Below are positions 25,877 through 35,147 of a DNA stretch of 64,000 bases, in pieces. Each line of letters starts with the position of its first letter. Within the stretch, counting starts at the first letter, position 1. The notes below the pieces were generated by a model that worked only from the letters and a program-made list of their open reading frames with translations, was not told the DNA's origin and made no database searches. Source of the stretch: Dehalococcoidia bacterium. Lineage in GTDB: Bacteria; Chloroflexota; Dehalococcoidia; UBA6926. The DNA is taken from positions 1,705,443 to 1,769,442 of the forward strand of contig OZ244736.1 of NCBI GenBank assembly GCA_965219405.1, written 5' to 3'. Both the position numbers and the translations under genes were made by a program.

Positions 25877-27172
25877 ATGCTAACATTAACGAAGCACAAA
25901 GGCGCGGATTCAGGTGGGGAGCAGCGATCCGTGGCAAGTATCTTATTTGGTGTTGGCGACCGCCGCGATCTTGATCGCGCGGCCGCAAAAGGCAACGGGC
26001 CGTTCGACGGAATGTACGCGGCGACGGAAGACGGTTTTTGGGCTCTGCGCCAGCGACTCATCGAGGAAAAAGAGACGGCCGGAGTCTCCGTGATGATTTC
26101 ACCGGGGGACCGTATTCCCCGTGTTCGACTCATTGAGGAGCTTCTGCGCCTGGAGGCGATGGGTGTCGAGTTAATCTCTGCAGAAGCGCGGGGGCATCCG
26201 CTTGAGATTGCCCTAACGCCGGAAAATGGCGCAGTTCCATCAGATCGAGGACAGATGATCCGACGGAGCATGGCGCGCAAGGCGCTGCGTGGCGTCGTTC
26301 TGGGCCGGATTCCGTATGGATACAAGACCGGAGAACGCGGTCAGTTGGAAGAACACCCCGAGGAAGCGACCGTCGTCAAAATCATCTTTGGGCTCGCGGC
26401 ACAGGGCAAGGGGATTCGTGCCATCGCGGCGGAACTGAATTCACGCGGGCTGCGAACCCGCCGGGGAGGCGCGTGGAGCATCGTCACAATCCGTGACATG
26501 CTGCGCAATCGCGTCTACACAGGCGCCTACAACCGGTTTGGCGCGCGTGTTGCCGGAAACCACCCTGCCCTTGTTGCATCCCCGCTGTTCAAGGAAATCC
26601 AGGAACGGCTTGACGAGCGGGCAAAGCGCGCCGGATACGGGGCGGGGAGGCCGTACCTCTTGTCCGGCACAGCCATCTGCGGCTCATGCGGCAGCAACAT
26701 GGTGGGCGTGACACGCCGGCAATCTTGGACACGGAATGACGGATCATCAGGATCCAACACTTATCGCTATTACCAGTGCGAGGCCGCGACGAACCAGGGG
26801 CGCTGCTCATACCACACCCGGCGAGCACGGGAACTTGACGCGGCGGTGCTGACACGTGTCGGCCTGGACGGGATCGCCTCACGGATCGAGGCAGCGGTCG
26901 ATTTACGGATAAGCAACCTGGCCAGGGAAGCGGCCAAAGGCCGAACGCCAGCGCAGGATATTCGTTCGGCGGCGCAGTTGCTGTTCCACGAGGCGGGGCG
27001 GCTGCGGGACGCGACGCGGACACACGGAAGCGCGTCGACGGCAATTGAATCCCTTCTCCAATTGGCGGATGACGACATGGCGCTTCACTCCTTACTGCGT
27101 GACGTGGTGCTCTTAGGCGTATCGCGGATAGTCGTTGGCGAGAAGGACGCGCGCGTCGCACTCAGAAAGTGA
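25877..27172 (+). CDS. large serine recombinase homologue with degenerate catalytic N-terminus (recombinase domain + zinc ribbon intact)
   Basis: The recombinase-domain region is present: RIPYGYKTGE...IRAIAAELNSRGLRTRRGGAWS...RVYTGAY. The zinc ribbon is present: LLSGTAICGSCGS...YYQCEAA...RCSY. The resolvase-domain core is recognisable (VSVMISPGDRIPR...GVELIS), but the YaRVSt nucleophile motif is replaced by ILFGVGDRRD. The track ORF extends upstream into the convergent gene. Confidence 0.55.
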   Translation: MLTLTKHKGADSGGEQRSVASILFGVGDRRDLDRAAAKGNGPFDGMYAATEDGFWALRQRLIEEKETAGVSVMISPGDRIPRVRLIEELLRLEAMGVELISAEARGHPLEIALTPENGAVPSDRGQMIRRSMARKALRGVVLGRIPYGYKTGERGQLEEHPEEATVVKIIFGLAAQGKGIRAIAAELNSRGLRTRRGGAWSIVTIRDMLRNRVYTGAYNRFGARVAGNHPALVASPLFKEIQERLDERAKRAGYGAGRPYLLSGTAICGSCGSNMVGVTRRQSWTRNDGSSGSNTYRYYQCEAATNQGRCSYHTRRARELDAAVLTRVGLDGIASRIEAAVDLRISNLAREAAKGRTPAQDIRSAAQLLFHEAGRLRDATRTHGSASTAIESLLQLADDDMALHSLLRDVVLLGVSRIVVGEKDARVALRK

Positions 27173-27185
27173 CAGGGACGCCTCT

Positions 27186-27761
27186 TTGATTGTCGGAATG
27201 ATCTCCGATACGCACGTGCCGGAGGCTCCGTTGGCATTGCCGGAAAGCGCTTTAGAGGTATTCTCCGGCGCAGGGGCAGAGTTCATCCTCCATGCGGGCG
27301 ACATCTACAGCCCGTCATGCCTCGATGAGTTGGAACGCGCTGCGCCCGCGTATGCGTGCGAGGGGAACGGTGATTTCTTTCGGAAAATCACGGATCCACG
27401 CATCGAACGCACGCGAGTGATGGAAGTCGAGGGGTTCTCCATCGGACTAACACACGGGCTGGCGATCCCGGAGTTTCCACCACATCGAACGATTGAGTCG
27501 GTGATGGGTCACGAGTTCGGACGGGCAGTGGACATCATCGTCTTTGGAGACACACACACGGAGGAGGTCGTCAGGATCAAGGACGTGTTGTGCGTGAATC
27601 CGGGAAGTCCCACCCTGCCCCACAACCTTGATCATCTCGTCGGGACGGTGGGGCTGTTGGAATTGAATCGCGGGGAGGAGCCGAAAATCCGCATCATCCG
27701 GCTTGAAACGCTGGAGGAGCTGGACATGGCCAACCCCGTGAAGTGGTGGAGCGTCAGATAG
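27186..27761 (+). CDS. YfcE/MJ0936-type metallophosphoesterase
   Basis: GMISDTH, GDI, EGNGD, FGDTH. A probable TTG start at 27186 gives an MIVGMISDTH-type N-terminus; an ATG alternative is at 27198. Confidence 0.7.
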   Translation: MIVGMISDTHVPEAPLALPESALEVFSGAGAEFILHAGDIYSPSCLDELERAAPAYACEGNGDFFRKITDPRIERTRVMEVEGFSIGLTHGLAIPEFPPHRTIESVMGHEFGRAVDIIVFGDTHTEEVVRIKDVLCVNPGSPTLPHNLDHLVGTVGLLELNRGEEPKIRIIRLETLEELDMANPVKWWSVR

Positions 27762-27812
27762 GAATAATCAGGCTGTCTCCTTGACCGAAGGCGGGGGTGG
27801 CACGTATGATTG

Positions 27813-28166
27813 ATGCCACTTTCGCCACACAATCCACGAGGTGTTTCCATCAACTACGCAATCGTCCAGACGGGCGGCAAGCAATATCGCGTGTTCCCCG
27901 GTCAGAGGGTTTCTGTAGAGAAACTTGAGGCCGAGGAAGGGGAACTCATTGAGCTTGACCAGGTTCTGATGATCACCAACGATGACGACGTCGCCGTTGG
28001 CACGCCGACAATTGAAGGGGCGAAGGTGATCGCGGAGGTCGAGAAGCAGGGCAAGGACAAGAAGATCGTCGTCTTCAAGTACAAGTCCAAGGTGCGATAT
28101 CGACGCAAGCGGGGGCATCGGCAGCTGATTACCGAACTGTTGGTGCGGGAGATCGTTCCCGCATAG
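27813..28166 (+). CDS. rplU: 50S ribosomal protein L21
   Basis: [17 protein letters not shown]...VEKL. Confidence 0.85.
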   Translation: MPLSPHNPRGVSINYAIVQTGGKQYRVFPGQRVSVEKLEAEEGELIELDQVLMITNDDDVAVGTPTIEGAKVIAEVEKQGKDKKIVVFKYKSKVRYRRKRGHRQLITELLVREIVPA

Positions 28167-28211
28167 TCGGGCGGTCCAAGGACAGAGAGAGCGAAAAAGG
28201 GATAAACAGCA

Positions 28212-28472
28212 ATGGCGCATAAGAAGGGCGGCGGAACGACTCGAAACGGCCGTGACAGCCAGGGGCAGCGGCTGGGCGTGAAGCGTTATGACGGCGAGAC
28301 CGTGCGGGCAGGGACGATCATCCTGCGGCAGCGCGGAACGAGGATCTTTGAGGGCACAAATGTCGGGCGCGGTCGTGATTTCACGCTGTATTCCCTCATC
28401 GACGGCACGGTCAAGTTCGAGCAACAGACTCGCGCCAAGAAGCGTGTCAGCGTCTATCCTGTTGAGGCATAG
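28212..28472 (+). CDS. rpmA: 50S ribosomal protein L27
   Basis: [16 protein letters not shown]. Confidence 0.9.
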   Translation: MAHKKGGGTTRNGRDSQGQRLGVKRYDGETVRAGTIILRQRGTRIFEGTNVGRGRDFTLYSLIDGTVKFEQQTRAKKRVSVYPVEA

Positions 28473-28502
28473 GGACGCCGTTCGCATTCGGAGAACATCA
28501 TC

Positions 28503-28736
28503 ATGAAGCCGGGAATCCATCCTGAGTACTACCAGACAAGCGTGACGTGCGCGTGCGGAAACACGTGGACGACGGGCGCGACCACACCCGAGATTCGTGT
28601 GGACGTGTGCAACAAGTGCCATCCGTTCTTCACGGGACAGCAGCGCATCGTCGATACGTTGGGTCGCGTTGAGCGGCTGCGTCGCCGTTACGCACAGACT
28701 GCCCAGCGGCAGGGCCGCCAAGAGGACCAGGGTTAG
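28503..28736 (+). CDS. rpmE: 50S ribosomal protein L31
   Basis: MKPGIHPEY...CxC...C.KCHPFFTG. Confidence 0.9.
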   Translation: MKPGIHPEYYQTSVTCACGNTWTTGATTPEIRVDVCNKCHPFFTGQQRIVDTLGRVERLRRRYAQTAQRQGRQEDQG

Positions 28737-28876
28737 CCATCGCCTTCCGGCCGCGCAGCGGCCGTCACTTGCCAGCGGCGAATATATCTTCTCGTTTGCT
28801 ACACCGTTGCCTGATCTCCGTAGAGCTCTAACCCTCTCCCCGGGGAGAAGGGATTACCGCATCGGGATACGCCGGC

Positions 28877-29884
28877 ATGAGTGAGCAGTCCCCCGCCACA
28901 GCAAGCACGTATGGGGGTCAGGCACTCATCGAGGGTGTGATGATTCGCGGTCAGACGTGCGTGAGCATGGCGGTGCGCCGCCCCAACGGGGAGATCCTGG
29001 TCGAAACACAACCCATCGGGTGGCGCTGGGCGCGGACGATTCGCCGCATCCCGTTTGTCCGGGGAGTGATTGTCCTGAGCGAGATGCTCGTGGTGGGGAC
29101 GCGGGCACTGATTTTCTCGGCCAATGTCGCCTCCGAGGAGGAGGCGTCAGAACGGGACCGCAGCGTGGATTCCCGCTTTCGCGGGAATGACGGGTTGGAA
29201 AATGAGCATGACGAGGCTGCAAGCGGGGATGATACCAAGCGCGTAGCCGAATCGTCCAAGTCCCTGTCATCGTGGGCTGTTGCGGGGTCGGTCGGGGTCA
29301 GTCTGCTGCTTGCCATCTCGATCTTCTTTGCGACGCCGGTGTTTGCGACGCGCCTACTTGATTCCTGGTTGGAGTCGTCCAATTTATGGAGCAACGTGAT
29401 TGAGGGGGCGATTCGTCTCCTAATGTTTGTGGCGTACATCGGACTGATCGGGTTGATGCCGGACATACGGCGCGTGTTCGCCTACCACGGCGCGGAGCAT
29501 ATGACGATCCATGCGCGGGAACACGGACAACCTTTGGACGTAGGATCAATTCGCCAATTCGGTACGGCGCATCCGCGATGCGGGACGGCGTTCATCCTCG
29601 TTGTACTGGTTGTGGCGATCATCGTTCACGTGTTTTGGACGCCGCCCGGGTTGGTGGATCGCGTGATTTCCCGGGTCGTGGTGCTGCCGCTGATTGCGGG
29701 GCTGAGCTATGAGATCATCCGATTCAGCGGATTCCACGCCGACAACATTCTCGTCAAGGCAATCATCTGGCCGAATCTGTTGCTTCAGGCGCTAACCACA
29801 CGCCAGCCGGACGATGATCAGATTGAGGTGGCCGTGCAGGCGCTGGAGGGGGCGCTGGCAGAAGATCAACGCGTAGCGGCATAG
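28877..29884 (+). CDS. DUF1385 (YqhQ-like) membrane protein
   Basis: YGGQALIEGVMIRG and C-terminal TM segments typical of DUF1385, with an acidic insert. Confidence 0.7.
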   Translation: MSEQSPATASTYGGQALIEGVMIRGQTCVSMAVRRPNGEILVETQPIGWRWARTIRRIPFVRGVIVLSEMLVVGTRALIFSANVASEEEASERDRSVDSRFRGNDGLENEHDEAASGDDTKRVAESSKSLSSWAVAGSVGVSLLLAISIFFATPVFATRLLDSWLESSNLWSNVIEGAIRLLMFVAYIGLIGLMPDIRRVFAYHGAEHMTIHAREHGQPLDVGSIRQFGTAHPRCGTAFILVVLVVAIIVHVFWTPPGLVDRVISRVVVLPLIAGLSYEIIRFSGFHADNILVKAIIWPNLLLQALTTRQPDDDQIEVAVQALEGALAEDQRVAA

Positions 29885-29932
29885 GTTGTCAGGGCGCGTA
29901 TTATTGGGGATGATGAGGATTAGGAGTCTGTC

Positions 29933-31708
29933 ATGCCCTGGTCACGGATAATCGGCGGAGCAGCGGCGGGAGCGATGGTGACGGCGCCATTGATGGCGCT
30001 GTTTTATTTGGCGAACAAGCTCTTTGAACTTCCCTTCCCTCCCTATGACCTCTTCGACTGGATAACACGCGTCCTGCCGGGGCCGCTCATCACATTCGGG
30101 CTGGACCTGTTCATCGACGGGATGATCCTTGTCGGGCTGAACGTGGCGGACACGGCGAAGACGGCTGAGTTGGCAGTCGCCCTGCTGCAGTTCTTCGGTA
30201 TTGGTGTTGCCGTAGGTGTGGGTGTAGCTGTCGTTATGCCACCTCTTGAGTTAAACCTTCGTAAGGCCGGGACGGCGGTGGGAGTCATCAGCGGCCTGAC
30301 GATGGGGTTTATCTCACTGGTAATCGAAGGGGCAACGCTGCCCGAGTTTATCAGCCTGGTGTGGATCGTCGGGGTCTACACGGCATGGGGTTACACGCTT
30401 GGCGTAGTGATTGAGGGCGTGCTGTCGCGCAAGGTCGAAGAACGCCTGCCTTCGCCCATGGCGGCCAATCTTGATCTGCCGATCGAGTCCGCAGTGCCCG
30501 AGGATGTCTCGGAGGACATGGAGGGGACCACCGAGCCGTCGCCTGTCGTTCACACGCGACAATACCAGGAGTCTTCGGCACAGCCGACGTGGGGGATGGA
30601 TGGCGGGATGAATCGCCGTGAGTTCATCGTCCGTGTGGGAGGCGCCGCGGCGGTTATCACGGTCGCGGGATCAGTGACGGGAAATCTCATCGGCAATGCG
30701 GGCAGCGGCGGGTCAACCATCACGATGCCTGAGGGGATAGATGAGGAGTTAATGGCGGGGGGCGTCACGTCCTTCCCGAATGACGGCGACCTCGTGCTGG
30801 CTGTGCCGGGCACACGGGCTGAATACACCGCCGTGGAGGATCATTATCGAGTCTTCATCCGGACGACTCCCACGGTTATCGACGGAGCGTCGTGGGCGCT
30901 GCCCATCGGCGGCCTGGTGGCGAATCCCGTCGAACTGTCGATTGAGGACATCCGGAACAACTACGAGCCTCGCAGCCAATTCATCACGCTCTCGTGCATC
31001 TCAAACCGTGTGGGTGGGCCGCTCATCAGCACGACACAGTGGACGGGCGCGAGCTTCAAGGACATCCTGGCCGATGTTCAGCCGCTGCCCGGGGCGCGGT
31101 ATGTGAACATCGAGAGCGGGGACGGCTTCCACGAGATTGTGGACCTCGAACTCATTGACCAGGATGAGCGCATCATGCTGACGTATGCGTGGGATGAGAG
31201 GCCGATACCGATTGAGCACGGTTTTCCGCTCCGCATCTGGCTGCCGGACCGCTACGGTATGAAGCAGCCGAAGTGGATCACGAAGATGACGGTTCAGACG
31301 GAGTACACAGAGGGGTATTGGGTATCACGGCGGTGGGACGAGGTTGCACGGGTGCGTGCGACGTCCGTCGTGGACACGATCTCTGATCAGGCGGCATTTG
31401 AGCGCGACGGTCAGGCACTGGTTCCGGTGGGCGGCATCGCCTACGCGGGAGTGCGCGGCATCTCACGAGTCGAAGTCAGCGTGGACGGCGGGGCGTGGCA
31501 ACAGGCGGAGCTTCGCGAGCCGCTTTCGGACACAACGTGGGTGATCTGGCGATACGATTGGCCGTTCGAGTCGGGCAATCACAGCATGAGAGTTCGCTGC
31601 CGCGAGGCCGATGGCACACCGCAGATCGAGGCGCAAATGGGCAACAGACCCAGTGGCGCAACGGGCATACACCAGCGGGCGAAGTTCGTGCCGGAGTGGG
31701 ACATCTAG
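29933..31708 (+). CDS. sulfite-oxidase-family molybdopterin oxidoreductase with N-terminal ~175-aa polytopic membrane domain and internal twin-arginine-like segment
   Basis: FITLSCISNRVGGPLISTTQWTG (Mo-ligand Cys), HGFPLRIWLPDRYGMKQPKWI, and a C-terminal dimerisation/Ig-like domain. An internal MNRREFIVRVGGAAAVITVAGS segment is present. Confidence 0.65.
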   Translation: MPWSRIIGGAAAGAMVTAPLMALFYLANKLFELPFPPYDLFDWITRVLPGPLITFGLDLFIDGMILVGLNVADTAKTAELAVALLQFFGIGVAVGVGVAVVMPPLELNLRKAGTAVGVISGLTMGFISLVIEGATLPEFISLVWIVGVYTAWGYTLGVVIEGVLSRKVEERLPSPMAANLDLPIESAVPEDVSEDMEGTTEPSPVVHTRQYQESSAQPTWGMDGGMNRREFIVRVGGAAAVITVAGSVTGNLIGNAGSGGSTITMPEGIDEELMAGGVTSFPNDGDLVLAVPGTRAEYTAVEDHYRVFIRTTPTVIDGASWALPIGGLVANPVELSIEDIRNNYEPRSQFITLSCISNRVGGPLISTTQWTGASFKDILADVQPLPGARYVNIESGDGFHEIVDLELIDQDERIMLTYAWDERPIPIEHGFPLRIWLPDRYGMKQPKWITKMTVQTEYTEGYWVSRRWDEVARVRATSVVDTISDQAAFERDGQALVPVGGIAYAGVRGISRVEVSVDGGAWQQAELREPLSDTTWVIWRYDWPFESGNHSMRVRCREADGTPQIEAQMGNRPSGATGIHQRAKFVPEWDI

Positions 31709-31792
31709 TCGTTTCCTCGTTTGGTCCCGGGTTACCCGTGAAATAATCCGGCACGTGCGATTCCGAATGCAGCCGGAAGTTGGCAATTTCAT

Positions 31793-32062
31793 TTGCTCGT
31801 GAACGGGGTCGCAACTCCCTGTGCCGTGCTAGCATCGGTAGGCAACCATTACGAAGGGATGATGCCGATTCAGCAAATGAGTGCCACCGAAGATCAGATC
31901 AGCCACGTTGTGCAGGCAATGAGTAGCGCGACAATCTCCTGTCCGGAATGCAAGACCCGCATCCGCTACGGCGACTATGAATGCCCCCGGTGCGGCAACG
32001 ACATTGAGGATCAATTGCGCGCATGGGCGGCGTGGATGCTTGAACCAATAAAGAATCCCTAA
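31793..32062 (+). CDS. small zinc-ribbon protein (CPEC...CPRC), hypothetical
   Basis: Two CxxC pairs. The start is ambiguous: MMPIQQ and MSATEDQ are internal candidates. Confidence 0.4.
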   Translation: MLVNGVATPCAVLASVGNHYEGMMPIQQMSATEDQISHVVQAMSSATISCPECKTRIRYGDYECPRCGNDIEDQLRAWAAWMLEPIKNP

Positions 32063-32085
32063 GTTACAGAGGGATTCCGTACCAA

Positions 32086-32115
32086 TCTATAAATACGAAT
32101 ATGCGTATTTATAGA
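32086..32115. promoter_or_regulatory. perfect 12-bp AT-rich inverted repeat TCTATAAATACG-N6-CGTATTTATAGA
   Basis: Seen directly. It is intergenic, ~90 nt upstream of the 32207 gene, and is an AT-rich island in a GC-rich genome. Confidence 0.35.
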
Positions 32116-32206
32116 TTTGCTTTCCCGTTGTGCAATAGTGAGATACAGTAAACGGCAAATGTTAGCCACACGTTAAGCGGGCTTTTCCCGGGGAGGAAGG
32201 ATTCAC

Positions 32207-32950
32207 GTGAACAATAACGTTCCACTTTCTATTGCGGCGGTTGCGGCATTGGTGCTTGCAATCATTGCGGGCGGCGCGGTGTATTTCTCGCAGCAGGGAA
32301 CCATCAGCGGCCTGGAGGACGACAAGGTAGCGCTTGAGAACGATAAGGAAGGGCTCGAGGGACAGGTTGGCGAATTGGCGTCCATTACCGCGTTCGGCGG
32401 CGGCGTCAATGAGAAGTCGATGCCCACACTGACCGGCGACGTTTCCCACGTCATGGACGAGGTCTTCTCATTCAGCACGGAATACGCAATGTGCCGCGTG
32501 GACACCAACTTCACGGACTTCGTGATGCCGACGAACGCGTTGGGTGAACTCCCGATTGATGCCCACACGTTCTACATGGCCATGGCGTCCAATAGCGTCG
32601 ATAGCTATGAAATCACCACCAACGCCGATGGCTCAACACAGATAGTTCTTCAAGGGATGCTGGATTGTTTCACGGAAGTCGACCTCACCGAGAATGCGCT
32701 GGTGCCCGACGAGTTCAAGGCGGTCCACGGCAGCCGAATGGCCGGTGAGCCTGCCGGCTATCGCGTGACGGCCGTTGACGGCGGCATGGGCGGTGGAGGC
32801 GCCGGTGACAGCTTTGAGTTCACAACGTTCTTCGATCCAAATACAGCGCCCTTCAACCACGCTGTGTTCGGGCCGGAATTCACGTTCACCGGCACAATGG
32901 TGGCCGGTGAGATCACCATCAAGGACATCGAGGTCGGCAGCATGGAGTAG
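32207..32950 (+). CDS. hypothetical N-terminally membrane-anchored protein with coiled-coil and Gly-rich region
   Basis: TM helix LSIAAVAALVLAIIAGGAVYF, then LEDDKVALENDKEGLEGQVGEL. No known domain is recognised. Confidence 0.5.
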   Translation: MNNNVPLSIAAVAALVLAIIAGGAVYFSQQGTISGLEDDKVALENDKEGLEGQVGELASITAFGGGVNEKSMPTLTGDVSHVMDEVFSFSTEYAMCRVDTNFTDFVMPTNALGELPIDAHTFYMAMASNSVDSYEITTNADGSTQIVLQGMLDCFTEVDLTENALVPDEFKAVHGSRMAGEPAGYRVTAVDGGMGGGGAGDSFEFTTFFDPNTAPFNHAVFGPEFTFTGTMVAGEITIKDIEVGSME

Positions 32951-32980
32951 TTGCGCCACGCGATCCACTTCGCAGATAAC

Positions 32981-33008
32981 AGAGGGGCGGCCGCATGGCC
33001 GCCCCTCT
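32981..33008. terminator. 12-bp perfect GC-rich stem-loop (AGAGGGGCGGCC-GCAT-GGCCGCCCCTCT) between convergent genes
   Basis: Seen directly. A likely bidirectional terminator, though the U-tracts are weak. Confidence 0.45.
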
Positions 33009-33035
33009 GTCTGTGCCTTGGATAATGGTTGGGGG

Positions 33036-34373
33036 TTAGGCGGGCATCAACTCAATTTCGCGCGATGGCGCGCCGACCGTATCGGCTGCGTCTTTGCCCG
33101 GGAGGACTGCAGTCAAGGACCACGGGCCGGCGCGCACGATGTCAACGTCAACTACGTGCCCTTCAAGGTTGGCTTCAGACCCCTGCACGTGAACGATCTT
33201 GTTCGTCCGTGTCCGTCCCGTCCACGCATCCTTCACACGCCGCTCGATAAGAATCTCCTGCCGCGTTCCGGCAAGAGGCGCGTTCAGATCCGTGGCAATG
33301 CGTTCCTGAAGTTCTTCAACGGCTTTGCGCCGCTGAATCTTCACCGCCGGTGGGACATCATCCACAAGTTTGCGATCCGCGATGGTGCCAGGGCGCGTCG
33401 AGTACGGCGCGACATGCACGATGTCAAACTTCACCTGCTCCAGCACATCCATCGTCTGCTGGAACTCCTCGTCCGTCTCGCCGCAGAAACCGACGATCAC
33501 GTCCGTGCTGATGGCCACGCCCGGGATCGTCTCACGGGCGCGCTCAATAAGTTCCATGTATTGGGCGATGGTGTATGGCCGACGCATTCGCTCCAGGACC
33601 TCGTCCGAGCCGGCCTGGAACGGCAGATTCAAATGCTCGCATGCCTTTGGGAGCTCCGCGACGGCATCGAGGATTCGTTGCGTCATGTCACGCGGGTGGG
33701 ACGTCAGGAACCGGATACGCTCCAGCCCATCCACCGGATGGATAGCGCGGAGTAGATCGGCAAGGTCAGGCTTGTCCGGCAGGTCATGACCGTAGCGGTC
33801 GACGATCTGGCCGAGAAGAGTGATCTCCTTTGCGCCCCGCGCCGCCAGCATCTCAGCCTCCCTGGCCAATTCATCAACGGGGCGGCTGGTCTCCCTGCCG
33901 CGCCGGTACGGCACGATGCAGTAGGTACAGAACTCGTCACAGCCCTGGATGACGGGTACGAAGGTGCTCACGGTGGGGCGCGACGGAACGAGGAAGGCCT
34001 GATCCGTGTCACAGGAGAGGCCCTGCCGGTCTGCCGCAAACTCGACGAGCGCGGTGAAATCCTGCGGGCGCAGGAAGAAATCGACATGGGGGAATCTCTC
34101 GCGCAGCGCGTCGGTCCGTGGGCCGACCATGCAGCCCATCAGGGCAATGGTCGCGTCCGGGTTCTTTTTCTTGTACGACTTGAGGGAATCCAGTCTGCCG
34201 ACGACCTTGTCCTCAGCCCCCTGCCGCACGACGCAGCTATTCAGGACGACGATATCAGCATCTTCCGCTTTGTCCACGGACTCGTAGCCCAATTGATCAA
34301 GGTTGAGGCCGAGACGCTCGGAGTCGGCCACGTTCATCTGACAACCGACCGTCCACAGGTGATAACGCGCCAT
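33036..34373 (-). CDS. miaB: tRNA-2-methylthio-N6-dimethylallyladenosine synthase (radical SAM methylthiotransferase)
   Basis: MARYHLWTVGCQMN, CDEFCTYCIVP radical-SAM motif, and a TRAM-like C-terminus. Confidence 0.85.
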   Translation of the reverse strand: MARYHLWTVGCQMNVADSERLGLNLDQLGYESVDKAEDADIVVLNSCVVRQGAEDKVVGRLDSLKSYKKKNPDATIALMGCMVGPRTDALRERFPHVDFFLRPQDFTALVEFAADRQGLSCDTDQAFLVPSRPTVSTFVPVIQGCDEFCTYCIVPYRRGRETSRPVDELAREAEMLAARGAKEITLLGQIVDRYGHDLPDKPDLADLLRAIHPVDGLERIRFLTSHPRDMTQRILDAVAELPKACEHLNLPFQAGSDEVLERMRRPYTIAQYMELIERARETIPGVAISTDVIVGFCGETDEEFQQTMDVLEQVKFDIVHVAPYSTRPGTIADRKLVDDVPPAVKIQRRKAVEELQERIATDLNAPLAGTRQEILIERRVKDAWTGRTRTNKIVHVQGSEANLEGHVVDVDIVRAGPWSLTAVLPGKDAADTVGAPSREIELMPA

Positions 34374-34429
34374 TCCCATCCCTCATCGTCCCCGGTCTTA
34401 TTGCCCCTGCGTGGGCGGATCATATGCAA

Positions 34430-34523
34430 TGGCGGAGGGAATGGGATTCGAACCCATGTGTCCCGATTAAAGGACAAACCGCTTAGCAGGCGGCCGCACT
34501 AGACCTGGCTATGCGATCCCTCC
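34430..34523 (-). tRNA. tRNA-Ser (anticodon GCU) with encoded CCA
   Basis: The reverse-complement gives GGAGGGA..., an anticodon arm GCCGC-CUGCUAA-GCGGU, a long variable arm GTCC...GGAC, a T-arm ATGGG-TTCGAAT-CCCAT, acceptor 3' TCCCTCC, discriminator G, and CCA. Confidence 0.8.
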
Positions 34524-34634
34524 GCGAAATGCCGTGCTATGAGGCCGTTAACCTCGTTTACACTGCGCTCACCATGATACAACGGTTGCAGGAAAGGCCA
34601 AGGATTCAGCCGGAATGATGCGCACGAACTTGAA

Positions 34635-35144
34635 ATGACTGGCAACAATGAGAATGAACTGAGCCGCCGCGCATTTCTCACCATGTCGTGGGGGCGGGAA
34701 GACCCAGACACGCCAACAGAGCCGTCGCGCCCCGCGACCACTGGCAATCTCGTCCTGCTTGGCAGTATCGAGGGCCTGCATGATTTGGAAGTCGGCTCGG
34801 TTGTCGTATCGCCGCGCCGTGCCGACATCCACGCGATCCGAACTGCGACGGGCATTCTCGCACTGAGCACTCGCTGCCCGAACGATGGCGCGCTCGTTGC
34901 GTGGAGGGGGGACGAACGATCCGAGGACACGTTGGCTCCGATTGGCCGCTTCTACTGTTCGCGGGACGCCTCGATATTCAACCGGCTCGGCGAGTTGGTC
35001 ACGGGCGCAGCGGACGGCCCCCTGCCCGCCCTCGTGATTGCCGAGCGCACTGGGAGCCTGTGGGCGGACGAAGCGAAACCGGAGGCACCGGAGAACGAGG
35101 AGCGGTTACGCCGGGAGTTTCCGCTATCTCGGTCTCAAGGATAA
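34635..35144 (+). CDS. twin-arginine-signal protein with Rieske-like fold in which both His ligands are replaced (CPNDG ... YCSRD)
   Basis: SRRAFLTMSW is a Tat motif. CPNDGALVAW-x-FYCSRDASIF...GPLPA follows the Rieske CxH...CxxH spacing, but with His to Asn and His to Asp. Confidence 0.45.
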   Translation: MTGNNENELSRRAFLTMSWGREDPDTPTEPSRPATTGNLVLLGSIEGLHDLEVGSVVVSPRRADIHAIRTATGILALSTRCPNDGALVAWRGDERSEDTLAPIGRFYCSRDASIFNRLGELVTGAADGPLPALVIAERTGSLWADEAKPEAPENEERLRREFPLSRSQG

Positions 35145-35147
35145 AAG

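Noticed and set aside
27768-28721. 317-aa minus-strand ORF spanning rplU-rpmA-rpmE
   Set aside because: Antisense to three highly conserved ribosomal protein genes. It is Leu/Arg/Ala-rich.
32775-33755. 326-aa plus-strand ORF
   Set aside because: Antisense to miaB.
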